DNA of 64,000 nt from an uncultured Alphaproteobacteria bacterium (GCA_944392295.1 CALXWE010000008.1:12474-76473), one strand, 5' to 3'; counted from the stretch's first letter, positions 19,799 to 29,524 are shown. Numbers and translations: made by a program. Notes: generated by a model from the letters alone, not told the origin.

Positions 19799-22021
19799 TT
19801 ACATAAAAGAATAAGGGTCGATATCCGTTTCCACTCTTACGGTACTCGGAATATTTACCACTTTCAACCATTTTTTCAATATCACCTGAATGTTTATATT
19901 TCGTAAAGTTTTTAAAAGCAAGCGATATCGATATTTATTTCTCAGCATAAAAATCGGAGCCGGAGCCGGTCCGAGGACGGATACGCCGTTTTCCGTCGGG
20001 GCATATTTTTTAAGCATATAGGCGGTTTTTTCGACCATATCAGGGTTGGCACCCGATACAATCAAAGCGGCAAGTTTTCCGTAAGGCGGGAGTTTTAGGG
20101 TTTTTCGTGATTGCTTTTCAAGCTCCAAAAACTTAGCGCGATTATTTTCGGCCAAAGCTTGTAAAACGGCATTTTCCGGGTATAGAGTTTGAACATATAC
20201 CGTGCCTTTTTTATCACCTCTGCCGGCGCGACCTGCCACTTGTGAAAGGAGCTGAAAGGTTTGTTCGGCGGCTCTTAAATCGCTGCCCATTAAGCCTAAA
20301 TCAGCATCTACGATTCCTACCAAAGTAAGAGCCGGAAAGTGGTGTCCTTTGGCCAGTATTTGCGTACCGATAAGAATATCGATTTGCCGATTTTCCATTC
20401 TGGAGATTACCTCGGATACTTCCTTAAAAGAAGAGGTTGTATCGCTTGATAAAACTTCAACTCTGGCATTAGGAAAGCGTCCTTTAACCTCTTCGGCGAT
20501 TCGCTCAACACCCGGACCGCAGGCGGTTAAGCCGGTTTCGGAACCGCACTCTGGGCAAACTTTTGGAATATCGGTCATATAGCCGCAATGGTGGCATATA
20601 AGTTTTTTTGAGCTACGGTGCTCGGTAAGCCAGGCAGTGCAGTTCGGACATTGGATGCGATGCCCGCAATCGCGGCAGATTAAAAGCGGAGCATAACCCC
20701 GACGGTTTAGAAACAACATAGATTGTTCTTTTTTATTTAAGTTTTCTTGCAAAGCCTGACATAAGCTCGGCGATAACCACGACATTTTGGGCTTTTGAAT
20801 ATTTTCTTCTTGATTATTTGGGGTTAAGGGTTGAACGGTCCACTTTACGGGTTTGTCTTTTTTAAGGTCGATAATTTTAATATCCGGCAGTTGAGCGGCG
20901 GCAAACCGACTGGTTAATTTTACGCAGTCATATTTATTGTTTTCGACGTTATAAATAGTTTCCAAATCGGGTGTGGCGGTCGAAAGGATTATCGGCAGAT
21001 TTTCAAGTTTGGCCCTGACCACGGCCATATCACGAGCCTGATAATTAACCACGTCTTCCTGTTTGAAGGAGTGGTCATGACTTTCATCAACAACAATTAA
21101 TCCTAAATCGGCAAAGGGTAAAAACAGAGCACTGCGGGCACCGACCAAAACCTTGGCCCGATTTTCCGATACGGCTTTCCAGGTTTGAGTGCGTTCGGTG
21201 GTACTGAGCCCCGAATGCCACTTGGCAGGTTTAACGCCAAAGCGCTGTTCGTATCGGTTAAGCCATTGTGTGGTTAAAGAAATTTCCGGCACCAAGATTA
21301 ACACTTGCCGACCTTGCGCTAAAACTTTGGCGGCGGCTTCAAAATAAACCTCGGTTTTGCCCGAACCCGTAACACCGTCCAAGAGTGTTACCGAAAATCC
21401 GCCGTCGCATTTGGCGCATAAGTAATCGGCGGCCTTTTGCTGTTCTTGAGTTAAGGTTACTTTGTTAAAGTGGATTTTAGGCGGTAAAAATTCTTTTTGT
21501 TTTTTTACCGGCAACGGCTCTAACAAGCCGGCATCAATCAGAGTTTTGATAACACTTTGTGAAACTCCGGCGCCCTGAGCGATTTCTGCTCGAGAATAGG
21601 GAGCGTGCTTTAACAAATCAATCACCCGCCAACGAGCATCAGAATTTTTAAGCTTGGCCTCGGCTAAAGTTTTGCCGGTCAAACGGTATAGAAAATTATA
21701 TTTTTCATCTTCAAATGCGCCTTTGGCACACAGCACCATTTTTAATACCAGACCGGTAAAGGCCAGATTATATTGAGCCACCCAATCTACAAACTTAATA
21801 AGTTCGGGCTTGAGGGGGTTGAGAGGCAGATATTGTTCAATAGGTTTAATTTTTTTATCATCTAAGTTGGAGCTTTTACCGATTTTCCAGATAACGCCGA
21901 GTTGTTTTTCCCTGCCGAAGGGCACACGAACAATCTGTCCGATGTGAGCATCATCGGTTGCCAGATAATCAAAAACATCATTAAAGGGCAGGGTAAGCAT
22001 AACCCCGACGATTTTTCCCAT
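19799..22021 (-). CDS. priA: primosomal protein N' (replication restart helicase PriA)
   Basis: Walker A GVTGSGKTEVY, DESHD box, and a Cys4 zinc-binding region CRDCGHRIQCPNC ... CHHCG ... CPECG. Confidence 0.9.
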   Translation of the reverse strand: MGKIVGVMLTLPFNDVFDYLATDDAHIGQIVRVPFGREKQLGVIWKIGKSSNLDDKKIKPIEQYLPLNPLKPELIKFVDWVAQYNLAFTGLVLKMVLCAKGAFEDEKYNFLYRLTGKTLAEAKLKNSDARWRVIDLLKHAPYSRAEIAQGAGVSQSVIKTLIDAGLLEPLPVKKQKEFLPPKIHFNKVTLTQEQQKAADYLCAKCDGGFSVTLLDGVTGSGKTEVYFEAAAKVLAQGRQVLILVPEISLTTQWLNRYEQRFGVKPAKWHSGLSTTERTQTWKAVSENRAKVLVGARSALFLPFADLGLIVVDESHDHSFKQEDVVNYQARDMAVVRAKLENLPIILSTATPDLETIYNVENNKYDCVKLTSRFAAAQLPDIKIIDLKKDKPVKWTVQPLTPNNQEENIQKPKMSWLSPSLCQALQENLNKKEQSMLFLNRRGYAPLLICRDCGHRIQCPNCTAWLTEHRSSKKLICHHCGYMTDIPKVCPECGSETGLTACGPGVERIAEEVKGRFPNARVEVLSSDTTSSFKEVSEVISRMENRQIDILIGTQILAKGHHFPALTLVGIVDADLGLMGSDLRAAEQTFQLLSQVAGRAGRGDKKGTVYVQTLYPENAVLQALAENNRAKFLELEKQSRKTLKLPPYGKLAALIVSGANPDMVEKTAYMLKKYAPTENGVSVLGPAPAPIFMLRNKYRYRLLLKTLRNINIQVILKKWLKVVNIPSTVRVETDIDPYSFM

Positions 22022-22119
22022 ATTATCTCCTTAAAAGCCTAAAAGATAATAGGTTATTTATTTTAAGATTTCCAATAGCAATAGCTTTTTTCCCACAGAT
22101 ATATTCAACAAATTTGGTT

Positions 22120-22160
22120 TCAAAAAAAGTTGACAAACAAGACACAAAAAAGTTGACAAA
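22120..22160 (+). promoter_or_regulatory. duplicated TTGACA -35-like boxes (AAAAAAGTTGACAAA x2) upstream of a membrane-protein gene
   Basis: Direct repeat aaaaaaagttgacaaacaagacacaaaaaagttgacaaag in an intergenic region divergent from priA. Confidence 0.25.
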
Positions 22161-22221
22161 GAAAAAATATTGGTTCATTTTAACAAATGATTATTTATTA
22201 TTTAAAAACTATTACAAACTT

Positions 22222-22689
22222 ATGTTAAAAACTATTGTAAAATCGCTTGTAAAGAGCGTATTGATTGGACTGCTTGTCGGTCTTGTGTTGTGGTTAGTGT
22301 CATGGAATTGGGCATTTACGGTATTTGCCGGAGTTTTTGCCGTGGCGTTAACACTGTTAATCATTTTTTTGATAGCCGTTATTACTCGGCGCAAAGTGCT
22401 GTTATCTCTTACACTGGCAGCATTGGTGATGTTGATTGTCGGGTATGTTATAGGCTTTATCTTGGGTTTTGGTCAGATGTACGAATGTAAAAGCGTCTTT
22501 GCCCAAACCATGATTAATGCCTTAGGCGGGTCGGCTGTTTTGTTATTTGCCGTTACCATTTGGAGCGGTATGGTCGGAATAGTTGCGGATTTGAAAAATT
22601 CGCAACTACGTAAAAAGACGATAAGCAAATGCTTAAGGTGGGTATTTATAATAGCCGTCGGCATATTGTTTCTCGTATTTATAAAATAG
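22222..22689 (+). CDS. hypothetical integral membrane protein (four TM helices)
   Basis: ATG at 22222 chosen rather than the ORF-track start at 22114, which would run through the promoter-like repeats. Highly hydrophobic. Confidence 0.4.
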   Translation: MLKTIVKSLVKSVLIGLLVGLVLWLVSWNWAFTVFAGVFAVALTLLIIFLIAVITRRKVLLSLTLAALVMLIVGYVIGFILGFGQMYECKSVFAQTMINALGGSAVLLFAVTIWSGMVGIVADLKNSQLRKKTISKCLRWVFIIAVGILFLVFIK

Positions 22690-22809
22690 GTCCGAAATTT
22701 CGGGCCTATTGGCTTTTTAAAGATATGTTAATGCTTGCAATTTAAAAAAGTACTCATATTTGTACAGGAAGTAAAAGTACGGCAAACAAAAACTTACGGA
22801 TAAAATAAA

Positions 22810-24732
22810 ATGCATGGACTTCACCCTTTGATAATAGATTTAACTTTAATTGCCATTTATGCGGCAATTACGACATTAATTTTTAAAAAGCTCAAACAAC
22901 CTATGGTATTAGGCTACTTATTGGCGGGTATTTTTGCCGGTCCGTATTTTAATTTTGTGCCCACGGTAACCGACAGAGCCAATTTAACTTTATGGGCAGA
23001 TATCGGGGTCATTTTTTTGTTATTCAGTTTAGGGCTGGAATTTAGTTTCAAAAAGATGATAAGCGTTGGTAAATCGGCGATGATAACGGCAACTTTAAAC
23101 ATTTTTTTGATGTTGTTTGTGGGCTATTACATCGGTCTTTTTCTTAACTGGACAGCCATAGACAGTTTCTTTTTAGGTTCCATGATTTCCATGTCGTCGA
23201 CCACCATTATCATTAAAGCGTTTGATGATTTAAATGTTAAAAAACAAAAATTTACCGACTTAGTATTCGGAGTTTTGGTAATTGAAGACATTATGGGAAT
23301 TTTATTGTTGGTATTGCTTCCGACGGTAGCTCTTGGCAGCGGCATAAACGGCGAGCAACTGGGCTTTGACGTATTAAAGCTGCTGTTATTTTTAGTAATA
23401 TGTTTTGTAACCGGCATTTACTTAATACCGACAATGCTTAAAAAGATTGACAATTTTTTAAACGATGAAATGTTGTTGGTAGTAACGATAGCCTTGTGCT
23501 TAAGTATGGTATGTCTGGCGGTATATTCCGGTTTTTCATCGGCATTAGGGGCGTTTATTATCGGCTCTATTTTATCGGAAACGGGAGCGGTAAAGCGTAT
23601 AGAGGGGGTTATTAAGCCGTTAAAAGATTTTTTCGGCGCGGTCTTTTTTGTAACGGTAGGTATGATGGTAGATCCGTCAATGTTTGTTACGTACGCATAT
23701 CCGATATTTATAATAACCTTGGTGGTATTAATGGGTAAAGTTGCCTTTTCGGTATTTGGCTTTGTGATTTCGGGGCAAAATTTAAAAACGGCGATAAGCA
23801 GTGGCTTTTCTTTAGCGCAAGTCGGCGAGTTTGCCTTTATTATTGCGGCTTTAGGTATGAGCTTGGGAGTAATTGATGGTTTTGTATATCCGATTATCGT
23901 AGCGGTATCGGTCATCACCACTTTTTTAACGCCGATTATGATAAAATCGGCAAGTCGGGTTTATAAGCTGGCAGATAAGTTACTTCCTTTGAGCTGGCAA
24001 GAATACATCAACAATAGTTCGCAATACGGGGTTACGACGGTAACCGAAGAGAAGCTGTGGAAGGCACTATTTAAGAGTTATTTTTTGCGAATGTTTTTAT
24101 TTTCGGCCATATTATATGTGATAATCGCCTTTGTTGACAGAATGGTTCGCCCTTACGCAGCGATGATTTTACCTGATATGCCCAAGCGAATATTTTTAAC
24201 GATGCTTGCGTTTGTGATGATGGCGCCGTTTTTAAAAGCGTTAACGAGTTGGAGTTTTGTTGTGCCCGATTTATTAAACAAGGTACTAATCAAAATGCAT
24301 TTAAGAAAAGCCGTAGACAGCGGTCATGACAAGTGTGAAGGAAATATGCCGATAAACAACGCCTGTGTCCCCTCATCACAAACTTTAATAAGAGAGGTAT
24401 TAAAAGGCGGCAATATTACTGATTTTTTGGCATCCAACCAACGGATTGCACGTATTTATGCCGTGTTGTGGTACGATAGACCTGCCAATCGGCTGCCGCT
24501 GCTGATATTAACCGGCATGAGACTGTTGCTGGCGGCATTTTTCATTGCGACGGCGGTTTACCAGTTTTTGACTGAAAATACCAAAGTCGTAATGATTTTG
24601 TTGGTCTTTTCCGTATGGCTGATTATGCAGTCTAAATGGCTGCTCAACCAGTATTTAAAAATCGAGAACCAGTTTTTAAGCAATTTGCACGGTGAGCCGA
24701 GCGACGATACCGATAGCCGCGACCAAGCTTAG
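22810..24732 (+). CDS. cation:proton antiporter (CPA2 / Na+/H+ exchanger family) with an extra C-terminal membrane domain
   Basis: About 12 TM helices with CPA-like profile (GLEFS, GAFIIGSILSETG). C-terminal 250 aa hydrophobic rather than a KTN domain. Confidence 0.65.
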   Translation: MHGLHPLIIDLTLIAIYAAITTLIFKKLKQPMVLGYLLAGIFAGPYFNFVPTVTDRANLTLWADIGVIFLLFSLGLEFSFKKMISVGKSAMITATLNIFLMLFVGYYIGLFLNWTAIDSFFLGSMISMSSTTIIIKAFDDLNVKKQKFTDLVFGVLVIEDIMGILLLVLLPTVALGSGINGEQLGFDVLKLLLFLVICFVTGIYLIPTMLKKIDNFLNDEMLLVVTIALCLSMVCLAVYSGFSSALGAFIIGSILSETGAVKRIEGVIKPLKDFFGAVFFVTVGMMVDPSMFVTYAYPIFIITLVVLMGKVAFSVFGFVISGQNLKTAISSGFSLAQVGEFAFIIAALGMSLGVIDGFVYPIIVAVSVITTFLTPIMIKSASRVYKLADKLLPLSWQEYINNSSQYGVTTVTEEKLWKALFKSYFLRMFLFSAILYVIIAFVDRMVRPYAAMILPDMPKRIFLTMLAFVMMAPFLKALTSWSFVVPDLLNKVLIKMHLRKAVDSGHDKCEGNMPINNACVPSSQTLIREVLKGGNITDFLASNQRIARIYAVLWYDRPANRLPLLILTGMRLLLAAFFIATAVYQFLTENTKVVMILLVFSVWLIMQSKWLLNQYLKIENQFLSNLHGEPSDDTDSRDQA

Positions 24733-25460
24733 TTCATAAACTTGGTATAAAAAGTATAGTGTATGTAGTACGAAAAGTTTTTTTCGTAGCTGTCAGGGCT
24801 TCCGCAATAGGAGTATATCTCATTTAAGCTGATGGTACGTAAACATCCGGCATAATCATGCATCGTAACATATTGGCAGTTAGAATCTCCATAAATTCTA
24901 CCCACTGAAAAATCCGAATTGGCCGTCCATATTTGCATATAAAATAACTTATCGCTATAGCCTTTGGCAATACTTAGCATATTTACGCATTGTTCATGGG
25001 TGGTAAAGACAAGTTGAAATGTGCAGTAATTAGCATCACACTGCAGTGCCATAACTTTATTATTAAATATGTCATATATCTGATTAGTTTTTTTATTGAG
25101 CATCTCATCAGGGACAATGCCGAGCTTAATTAACATATCTTTGGTCAGCTGCGACTTATCGGAAGAGGGAATGCGCGCGGCAGCCATACAAAGACCATCA
25201 AGAATAGCGGAAATCTGCTGGGTTTGCCGGTTAAGTTTGTACTTGTTCATCGCTTTAGAATATCCGGCAATAGCGCCGACGGAAAGTACGCCGATTATGG
25301 CAAGAACACCGAGCATTTCAACCATGCTTCTTCCGGAAAAAGTCGCATCTACTGGCGATTTTGCTCCTCGTGTACCTTTTGTTGTACACGTCGTTACAAA
25401 ATTGCTGCGTATCTGCAGCTTTTTTCGGAAGAATGACCGCCTCAGTTCATAAAATTTCAT
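24729..25460 (-). CDS. type IV pilin-like protein (prepilin-type class III signal peptide), paralog 1, carrying a 36 aa in-frame insertion in the leader
   Basis: GRSMVEMLGVLAIIGVLSVGAIAGYSKAM: Gly(-1), Glu(+5) and a 20 aa hydrophobic helix typical of pilin N-methylation domains. Cysteine pairs in the variable C-terminal half. Confidence 0.6.
   Translation of the reverse strand: MKFYELRRSFFRKKLQIRSNFVTTCTTKGTRGAKSPVDATFSGRSMVEMLGVLAIIGVLSVGAIAGYSKAMNKYKLNRQTQQISAILDGLCMAAARIPSSDKSQLTKDMLIKLGIVPDEMLNKKTNQIYDIFNNKVMALQCDANYCTFQLVFTTHEQCVNMLSIAKGYSDKLFYMQIWTANSDFSVGRIYGDSNCQYVTMHDYAGCLRTISLNEIYSYCGSPDSYEKNFSYYIHYTFYTKFMN
25326..25433 (-). mobile_element. 108 bp RPE-like miniature palindromic element inserted in-frame in pilin paralog 1
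   Basis: Absent from paralogs 3 and 4 at exactly this point (between ELGRS and MVEML). 15 bp terminal inverted repeats TTCTTCCGAAAAAAG / CTTTTTCCGGAAGAA. Internal CGTGTAC..GTACACG stem. Length is a multiple of 3. Confidence 0.6.
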
Positions 25461-25545
25461 CTAAAAGCCTCCGAGTTTGGGTTGTTAAAGGCATTTAAAC
25501 GAAATCATAAACCGTTTTTTTTTTTTGCAATCAAAAAGAGTCCCG
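25461..25545 (-). promoter_or_regulatory. conserved upstream module of the pilin-like gene family (copy 1) with a 12 nt poly-T/A tract
   Basis: ctaaaagcctccgagtttgggttgttaaaggcatttaaacgaaatcataaaccg-T12-gcaa. The same module is found upstream of all four paralogs. Contains TTGCAA and TATGAT hexamers on the coding strand. Confidence 0.5.
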
Positions 25546-25585
25546 TGTTGAAAAACGAGCTGTGGCAGGCTTTAAAAACAACGAG

Positions 25586-26038
25586 TTAGCGTTTTTGCTT
25601 AAAGAAATCTTTCAAAATTATTGAAGACTGCTCTTCCAAAATACCGTAAGTTACTTGCGGCTTATGGTGGCAGGTCGGCTGATTAAAAAATTGCACACCG
25701 CTTACAACGGCTCCGCCCTTTGCATCAACTGCGCCAAAAATTAAACGGCGGATTCGGGCAAAAGAAATGGCGGCGGCACACATAGTACAGGGTTCTAACG
25801 TAACATATAAATCCAAATTCCAAAGTCGTTTACTGCTAAGCTTTTTGCAAGCCTTATTTATTGCCGTAATTTCGGCGTGGGCAGTTGGGTTATTGCCATG
25901 TTCGGTTTTGTTATAAGCCTTGGCAACAATTTTCCCGGTATCTGGGTCAACAATTACAGCACCTATCGGAACCTCATCTTGAGTATAGGCTTTTTTAGCC
26001 TGTTTTAAGGCAATTTGCATAAAATCTTCGTCGGTCAT
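25586..26038 (-). CDS. tadA: tRNA-specific adenosine deaminase
   Basis: HAEITAI and PCTMCAAAI zinc-binding CDA motifs. Start at internal ATG 26036..26038 (MTDEDFMQIAL); the ORF-track start further upstream is TTG and would add a hydrophobic N-terminus. Confidence 0.85.
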   Translation of the reverse strand: MTDEDFMQIALKQAKKAYTQDEVPIGAVIVDPDTGKIVAKAYNKTEHGNNPTAHAEITAINKACKKLSSKRLWNLDLYVTLEPCTMCAAAISFARIRRLIFGAVDAKGGAVVSGVQFFNQPTCHHKPQVTYGILEEQSSIILKDFFKQKR

Positions 26039-26106
26039 AAATATCCTTTGAGTTTTTAAAAATTTAGAGTATATTACAGCAAAATTTACAATTAGGAAAG
26101 ATAAAA

Positions 26107-26829
26107 ATGGCAGAAAGATTAGCAAAGTTTATGGCGCGTTCGGGAGTGTGCTCCAGAAGAGAGGCGGAAGAGTATATCAAGCAAGAGCGCGTAACCGTAA
26201 ATGGTGAAGTTGTTTCAACGCCGGCATTTAATGTTGAAGGCACGGAAAAAATTTTGTTTGATGGCGAGAAGTTGCCGCAAAAAGATAAAACTCGTCTGTG
26301 GCTTTACCACAAACCGGCAGGTTTAATTACTACCCACAAAGATGAACAAGGACGCGAAACGGTATTTAGTCATCTACCACTCGGTATGCCCAGAGTTATA
26401 AGTGTCGGCAGACTTGATTTAAATTCGGAAGGGTTGCTTTTGCTTACCAACAACGGAGAGCTTTCAAGAGAACTGGAACTGCCGCAAAATGCATGGAGCC
26501 GTCGTTACAGGGTAAGAGTTCACGGTAAAGTTGATAAACAAAAACTGGAGAGTTTGGCTGGAGGTGTCGAGGTCGACGGTATAGCTTATGGTAAGGTTGT
26601 TGCGGTCATAGATTCTCAAAACGGCAGCAATGCATGGCTTACGGTGACTTTAAACGAAGGTAAAAATCGCGAAATTCGTAAATTAATGAAATTTATTGGC
26701 TTGGAGGTAGCTCGTTTAATCAGAGTTTCGTACGGACCGTTTCAACTCGGAAGTTTAAAAAAGGGCGAGGTTCGCGAAGTACCGCAAAAAGTGCTAAAAG
26801 AACAACTGGGCGGAAGATTTAGTTTATGA
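26107..26829 (+). CDS. rRNA pseudouridine synthase (RsuA/RluB family) with N-terminal S4 domain
   Basis: S4-like MARSGVCSRREAEEYIKQERVTVNGEVV followed by LWLYHKP ... GRLDLNSEGLLLLTNNGEL catalytic motif. Confidence 0.8.
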   Translation: MAERLAKFMARSGVCSRREAEEYIKQERVTVNGEVVSTPAFNVEGTEKILFDGEKLPQKDKTRLWLYHKPAGLITTHKDEQGRETVFSHLPLGMPRVISVGRLDLNSEGLLLLTNNGELSRELELPQNAWSRRYRVRVHGKVDKQKLESLAGGVEVDGIAYGKVVAVIDSQNGSNAWLTVTLNEGKNREIRKLMKFIGLEVARLIRVSYGPFQLGSLKKGEVREVPQKVLKEQLGGRFSL

Positions 26830-27371
26830 GAATAATTGCCGGAAAATATCGCGCTAAAAAACTGTTTGCACCGGAAAATAAAGATGTTCGTCCTACTTCC
26901 GACAGAGCCAGAGAAGCGCTTTTTAGTATTATCTATTCACGTATTGGCAGTTTAGATTCATACAAAGTGCTGGATATTTTTGCCGGTACCGGGGCTTTTG
27001 GCTTTGAGGCTTTGTCAAGAGGCGCCTTAAAAGTGTGCTTAATTGATAAAAATGTTAAACTTATCAACAAAAATCTAAGTTTGTTTGCTAAAGATGCGCA
27101 AAGAGTTAAGGTTTTATGTACAGATGCCTTGAATCTGCCTAATAGCTTAGAGAGCTACAATTTGATATTTTCAGATGCTCCTTATGCTCAAGGTCTAAGC
27201 TCTAAGGCGTTAATTGAAGCTGCCGGCAAGGGCTGGATAGCAGATAATGCTTTGTGTTTGGTCGAAACCCGTAAAGACGAAAGTTTAGATTTGCCGGAAA
27301 ATTTTATTTCTCTTGATGCAAGAATGTACGGCTTGGCTAAGGTATGGTTTTATACCTACAAAAAAGATTAG
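26826..27371 (+). CDS. rsmD: 16S rRNA (guanine966-N2)-methyltransferase
   Basis: VLDIFAGTGAFGFEALSRGA SAM-binding motif and DAPY motif. Overlaps the preceding gene by 4 bp. Confidence 0.8.
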   Translation: MRIIAGKYRAKKLFAPENKDVRPTSDRAREALFSIIYSRIGSLDSYKVLDIFAGTGAFGFEALSRGALKVCLIDKNVKLINKNLSLFAKDAQRVKVLCTDALNLPNSLESYNLIFSDAPYAQGLSSKALIEAAGKGWIADNALCLVETRKDESLDLPENFISLDARMYGLAKVWFYTYKKD

Positions 27372-27460
27372 GCTTAAAATTTTTTTGACAAAAATATTGA
27401 TATTTGATTTATAGTGTGGTAAATTTCAAGTAACATTAAGTAAAAAATACGGAGTTTTTT

Positions 27461-29524
27461 ATGGCACGCACTTACCTTAACATCAATACGGTTAATCATA
27501 GTCATCAAAACAACAGCTATGAAAATATTCAGCAAGAGCTTGATAAAAAAGAGCAAGATATTCAAAACAATCTTACACGGATTCGTGAACAGATGCTCAA
27601 CTCCGGTGAGGGTGATGATAGCGCATTAAAAGCCGAAGCGGAAGCGTATCGGGCAAGACTTAGCCAAACATTGGAAGATAAGGAATTTTTAGAAAAATAT
27701 CCTGATACTTTTCCTTATTTATATTCGTTCCGTGAGCATGGAGAAATTGACGATATTTCAGGTAAGTTGACTGAAGTTCTTGATGATGAGCAAGAGATTA
27801 TTACGGAAGCGCAAGATGTTAATCCGAAAGAAGAGCGCTTGGAATTATCTTATGAGCTTGATGGTGTCCCGTTTAGTGTTTCGGTTGATCCGTATGACAA
27901 ACCCGGCGAAGATGATCGTCAATTAAGAGGTCGTATAAGTTTTACCGATAAATCAATTGAAGAGCTAAACGAATCTCGGTTAAAGGCTATTTTAGAATTT
28001 TGTGAGAAGCACGGTTTTTCATCGTATGATATAGATATTCCTATGAAAGACGGAGTTGTCGATTTAGATGAAAAGTTGGCTGAATTAACTAAAAAGGTTC
28101 TGGAAGAGAAAAAACAGCAAGATATTGCAAATCCTGGAGCCGGACCGGAAGATCTTTCCCCTGAGCATTTTAATGTTTTAGAGACACAACTTGATGATTT
28201 AAATTTGGAGGCTGATGGCAAAACTCCAATTAAAAAGGCTAAAAAACCTCAAACTTATGAAGATATTCGTGCTGCGATGATTGAAATGTTTGAGCAGGAT
28301 ATGAAAAAGACCAGAGGTTTAAGCTATTTTGAAAATCGTAAAGGTTTAGACGGTCTGAAAACAGCAGTTTTTAGCATTTATGACAAGCCGGATCCCGACA
28401 ATATGAAAAAAGACGGTATTAAAGATAAGAACGGTATTTATGTACCGACCTATGCCTTTCGTTTTTACTTGGCGCAAGATCCTAAAGACGGACACTACGT
28501 ATTCGGCTATTCAACTCCTGGCGGCAAAAAAATGGATGACACCATGGCCGGCGACTTTTTAGGTATAGTTAAAAAGACCGGAGCGACACACGTTAAATTT
28601 TCATCTTTATCAAGTGTTGATAAAGGCGTATGGATGATGGCGTGTGCTGAAAAAGGGTTAGTTCCGATAGGAATAAGTCTTAATATGGCCAAAGCTAAAA
28701 AGATGGTAGATGCTGCCAAGAATAAATTAAGCTCTGAAGAGTTTAACTTATTTAAAAAACGCTTAGGCGCGCAGATGCTTGAAAATGCCCAAAAGAAGAA
28801 TGCTGATGATAAATACTTCGGCTTACCGAAATCCGAGTACGATTTTATTCAGAATTTGAAGACCGGCTATGAGTTCAGCAACTTCAAGTTTGCCTTTGAA
28901 GACGAGGGAGGTCTATATACGACTACCATGCAAAAGATTAACGAAGGCGCATCAGACAGCAAAGAAGGAGCTGCAACCACGTTCGGAGCCATGAGTGCAT
29001 TAAGAGATGTGTTTGATATTTATATGAAATATCAGCATGAACCGTTTGGTAAATTCCTGCAAGAAGGTACGAGTGGTCGCCGAGAGCTTACCAAAGAAGA
29101 GTTAGATACTTTAAAGATGATTCCTGCTGACAGATCTTTTATGGATTTAACCAAGGAAGACTTTATGGCAATTTACAACACATTGTTGCCTCGTCGAATT
29201 GAGGATGCAAAGCAAGATATTTACAAGGCTTACAGACGCGAGTTGAAACGTAAACCGCAGCGTGCCGACGGTGTTGTTTTAGGTAGCGATTTATTCCCGA
29301 AAGTTAAGGCGGAAGTTAATGGCATTAACATTGCTCTAACGAGAAACGGTATAGATACCTTAACATTACCGAATGAACACAGCGGTTTGGAGTTTGCCCG
29401 TCCTGATTGGCTGCAACCGGGAGCGCAAAATACGCAAACTACGCAGCAAAGTAATACCAATCAATCAACGGCAGGAAATGCTGCAGTTAATGCTCAAGCG
29501 CAGAATGCCGGTAACTCAAGGTAG
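27461..29524 (+). CDS. large acidic hypothetical protein with Q/N/T-rich C-terminal low-complexity tail (lineage-specific; candidate secreted effector)
   Basis: 687 aa, no signal peptide or TM helices. Charged coiled-coil-like N-terminus. C-terminal QNTQTTQQSNTNQSTAGNAAVNAQAQNAGNSR tail. Followed by a strong bidirectional terminator. Confidence 0.5.
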   Translation: MARTYLNINTVNHSHQNNSYENIQQELDKKEQDIQNNLTRIREQMLNSGEGDDSALKAEAEAYRARLSQTLEDKEFLEKYPDTFPYLYSFREHGEIDDISGKLTEVLDDEQEIITEAQDVNPKEERLELSYELDGVPFSVSVDPYDKPGEDDRQLRGRISFTDKSIEELNESRLKAILEFCEKHGFSSYDIDIPMKDGVVDLDEKLAELTKKVLEEKKQQDIANPGAGPEDLSPEHFNVLETQLDDLNLEADGKTPIKKAKKPQTYEDIRAAMIEMFEQDMKKTRGLSYFENRKGLDGLKTAVFSIYDKPDPDNMKKDGIKDKNGIYVPTYAFRFYLAQDPKDGHYVFGYSTPGGKKMDDTMAGDFLGIVKKTGATHVKFSSLSSVDKGVWMMACAEKGLVPIGISLNMAKAKKMVDAAKNKLSSEEFNLFKKRLGAQMLENAQKKNADDKYFGLPKSEYDFIQNLKTGYEFSNFKFAFEDEGGLYTTTMQKINEGASDSKEGAATTFGAMSALRDVFDIYMKYQHEPFGKFLQEGTSGRRELTKEELDTLKMIPADRSFMDLTKEDFMAIYNTLLPRRIEDAKQDIYKAYRRELKRKPQRADGVVLGSDLFPKVKAEVNGINIALTRNGIDTLTLPNEHSGLEFARPDWLQPGAQNTQTTQQSNTNQSTAGNAAVNAQAQNAGNSR

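Noticed and set aside
22114-22221. Upstream part of ORF 22114..22689
   Set aside because: Would translate the duplicated TTGACA promoter-like repeats (MVSKKVDKQDTKKLTKKKYW...). Internal ATG at 22222 gives a compact four-TM protein.
25096-25452. Plus-strand ORFs 25096..25452 and 25224..25436
   Set aside because: Antisense to pilin-like paralog 1, including the palindromic insertion, which reads open in both directions because it is palindromic.
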